64,000 nucleotides of DNA from Saccostrea echinata (taxonomy: Eukaryota), in NCBI RefSeq assembly GCF_033153115.1, contig NW_026889779.1, positions 26,722,001 to 26,786,000 on the forward strand. The letters run 5' to 3'. Below the pieces are notes generated by a model that did no database searches, was not told the origin of the DNA, and saw only the letters and a list, made by a program, of their open reading frames with translations. Positions 62,416-64,000 of this stretch are shown piece by piece. Position numbers and translations under genes: made by a program. Every line of letters starts with the position of its first letter. Within the stretch, counting starts at the first letter, position 1.

Positions 62416-64000
62416 GAATACAACATCGACATAATATGCAACGCATCCTCATTGCGCACATTTCATTAATATTCATTAGAGAACAGCTCAATGTGGCTTG
62501 GATGCTTGAAACATATTATAAATACAAAAGGACCCCATCTGGGTTGTGGAATTTGACCGAAAACTTGTTGGAAGTCATCGAGTAAATAATTTCGCAACTT
62601 AAATTTTAATATTGAAACGCATATCTCACTTTTTGATATATGTATGTTACAAAGTAGTACATGTAGTCTTAACTTTTGAGCAACGTGTGGTAATTTCATA
62701 AAACTCCATGAAAATGTAGAAAAAATATACAGTCGTTTTACTTATGTGAATTAAAGCCTTATTTATGTTGTTTTTAATGTACCGGCGGTAGTCTATTTTG
62801 AATAGTAAAAATGCATATAAAGGAGTTAAGAAAATTTGAAAATTATAAAGTACAGGCACGTAGTATCGTTTTTGAAAAAGGGGGGGGGGCAGCCAGAATT
62901 TTTTTTTTTTGACAACCTATCTGGAAAAAAAAACATCGACAAGCAAAAAAAAAAAAGGTAAAGTGTCCAAACTCGAAAATCCTATTTCGGGGTGGTGGTG
63001 GGGGGGGGGGGGGACCTTCCACCCTCTTTTCGAAACACATTATAATACCAAATCACTTTGATTTAAACTATACAACAAAGGGGGGGGGGGCAACCAGCTT
63101 TTCAGTGGACATTTACAATAGAAGTAGGTTATGTTTGGAAAAAAAGTGGGGGCCCCTCCTGATGCTTCGTGCCTGAAATATTTTTTTAAGAATTTAAGGG
63201 TACATATAATAGTCTATCGAAATCTGGATTGCAATTCAACTGAACTGTAACGATATTGTAAGACTAAATTCAAGAAGACATACAAGATGAACTTAATTAG
63301 CTGGAACTTGGCTACACATGCATATTTATTTTCAATGCAGATTTTGACAATAATAAATTTGCACACGGTAATAAAACAAATATTTCTTGAGGTTTCTATT
63401 CATCATATGTTTTCTTATATTTATTCGTAGTCATGCTCGAAGTAAAACAAGACCTGGTTGATGCCATTGATACACATGTACAATATTGCTATAAAGCAAA
63501 CTTTTTTTATTACTTGTACACGTATACGTACAAAATCACAAATTTTAACTCATAATCTGAATTTTAAAAATGTTAGATATGCACTTGAATAATCTTTTAA
63601 AAAGTGGATCTTGTATCAAATATGTTCCTTGAATGTTATTGAAGATTATTTTCATTTTATAATTATACAAGTCATGTTCTTTTTATAATGACTATACATT
63701 TAGGTAAAAATGTGTTATTACAAAAAATTAGTGTTCGGAAAATAATTAAAATTTTATGCATACGAATTCTAAATGTAAAGAGAATTTGTTATCTTTGAAA
63801 ATATTTGTCAAACCTCGAGATCCATAAAGAACATGATTTTTTTGCATTTTTCAAGAGTGATAAAACACGTGCTATGTTCTTTCTATTCATTATAATATCC
63901 ATTCCCATTTTCTTATTTGTAACATTGTACGTAGATGTATTTAGTAATTCACTATGTTTTTAAAATTTCTGATGTGTCATTATGGTCCAACGATTTGAAA

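Overview
AT-rich eukaryotic DNA, most likely from a bivalve (oyster-like, inferred from the repeat families). It consists almost entirely of nested and decayed transposable elements, and I could not recognise an intact host gene. Main elements in order: (1) a DIRS-order tyrosine-recombinase (YR) retrotransposon with split direct repeats (493-13167; gag, RT-RNaseH-methyltransferase, YR), interrupted by a 5.3-kb TTAA-targeting Kolobok-type element; (2) nested Tc1/mariner and hAT MITEs and Helentron-type (HINE) elements carrying ~168-bp satellite arrays; (3) a full-length decayed BEL/Pao LTR retrotransposon (23381-31977, minus strand, TSD CTCTG) containing the 3' end of a Tx1/L1 LINE; (4) an AcademH DNA transposon (32872-37794, 9-bp TSD) with a RecQ-like helicase pseudogene; (5) pogo-like, Harbinger-like, Penelope/Naiad-like and multi-exon P/THAP9-like remnants; (6) five tRNA-derived SINEs with a Deu/Nin-like core, several MITEs and a Tx1 ORF1 fragment. 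The most notable observation is in the YR retrotransposon. One 61-codon leader exon ends at a phase-0 donor, and three downstream AG acceptors each fall in phase 0 in front of gag, pol and YR. This suggests that all three proteins are made by alternative splicing from one leader. The internal B-A repeat junction of the same element forms a loxP-like inverted-arm site. All calls were made by eye and no database searches were run.
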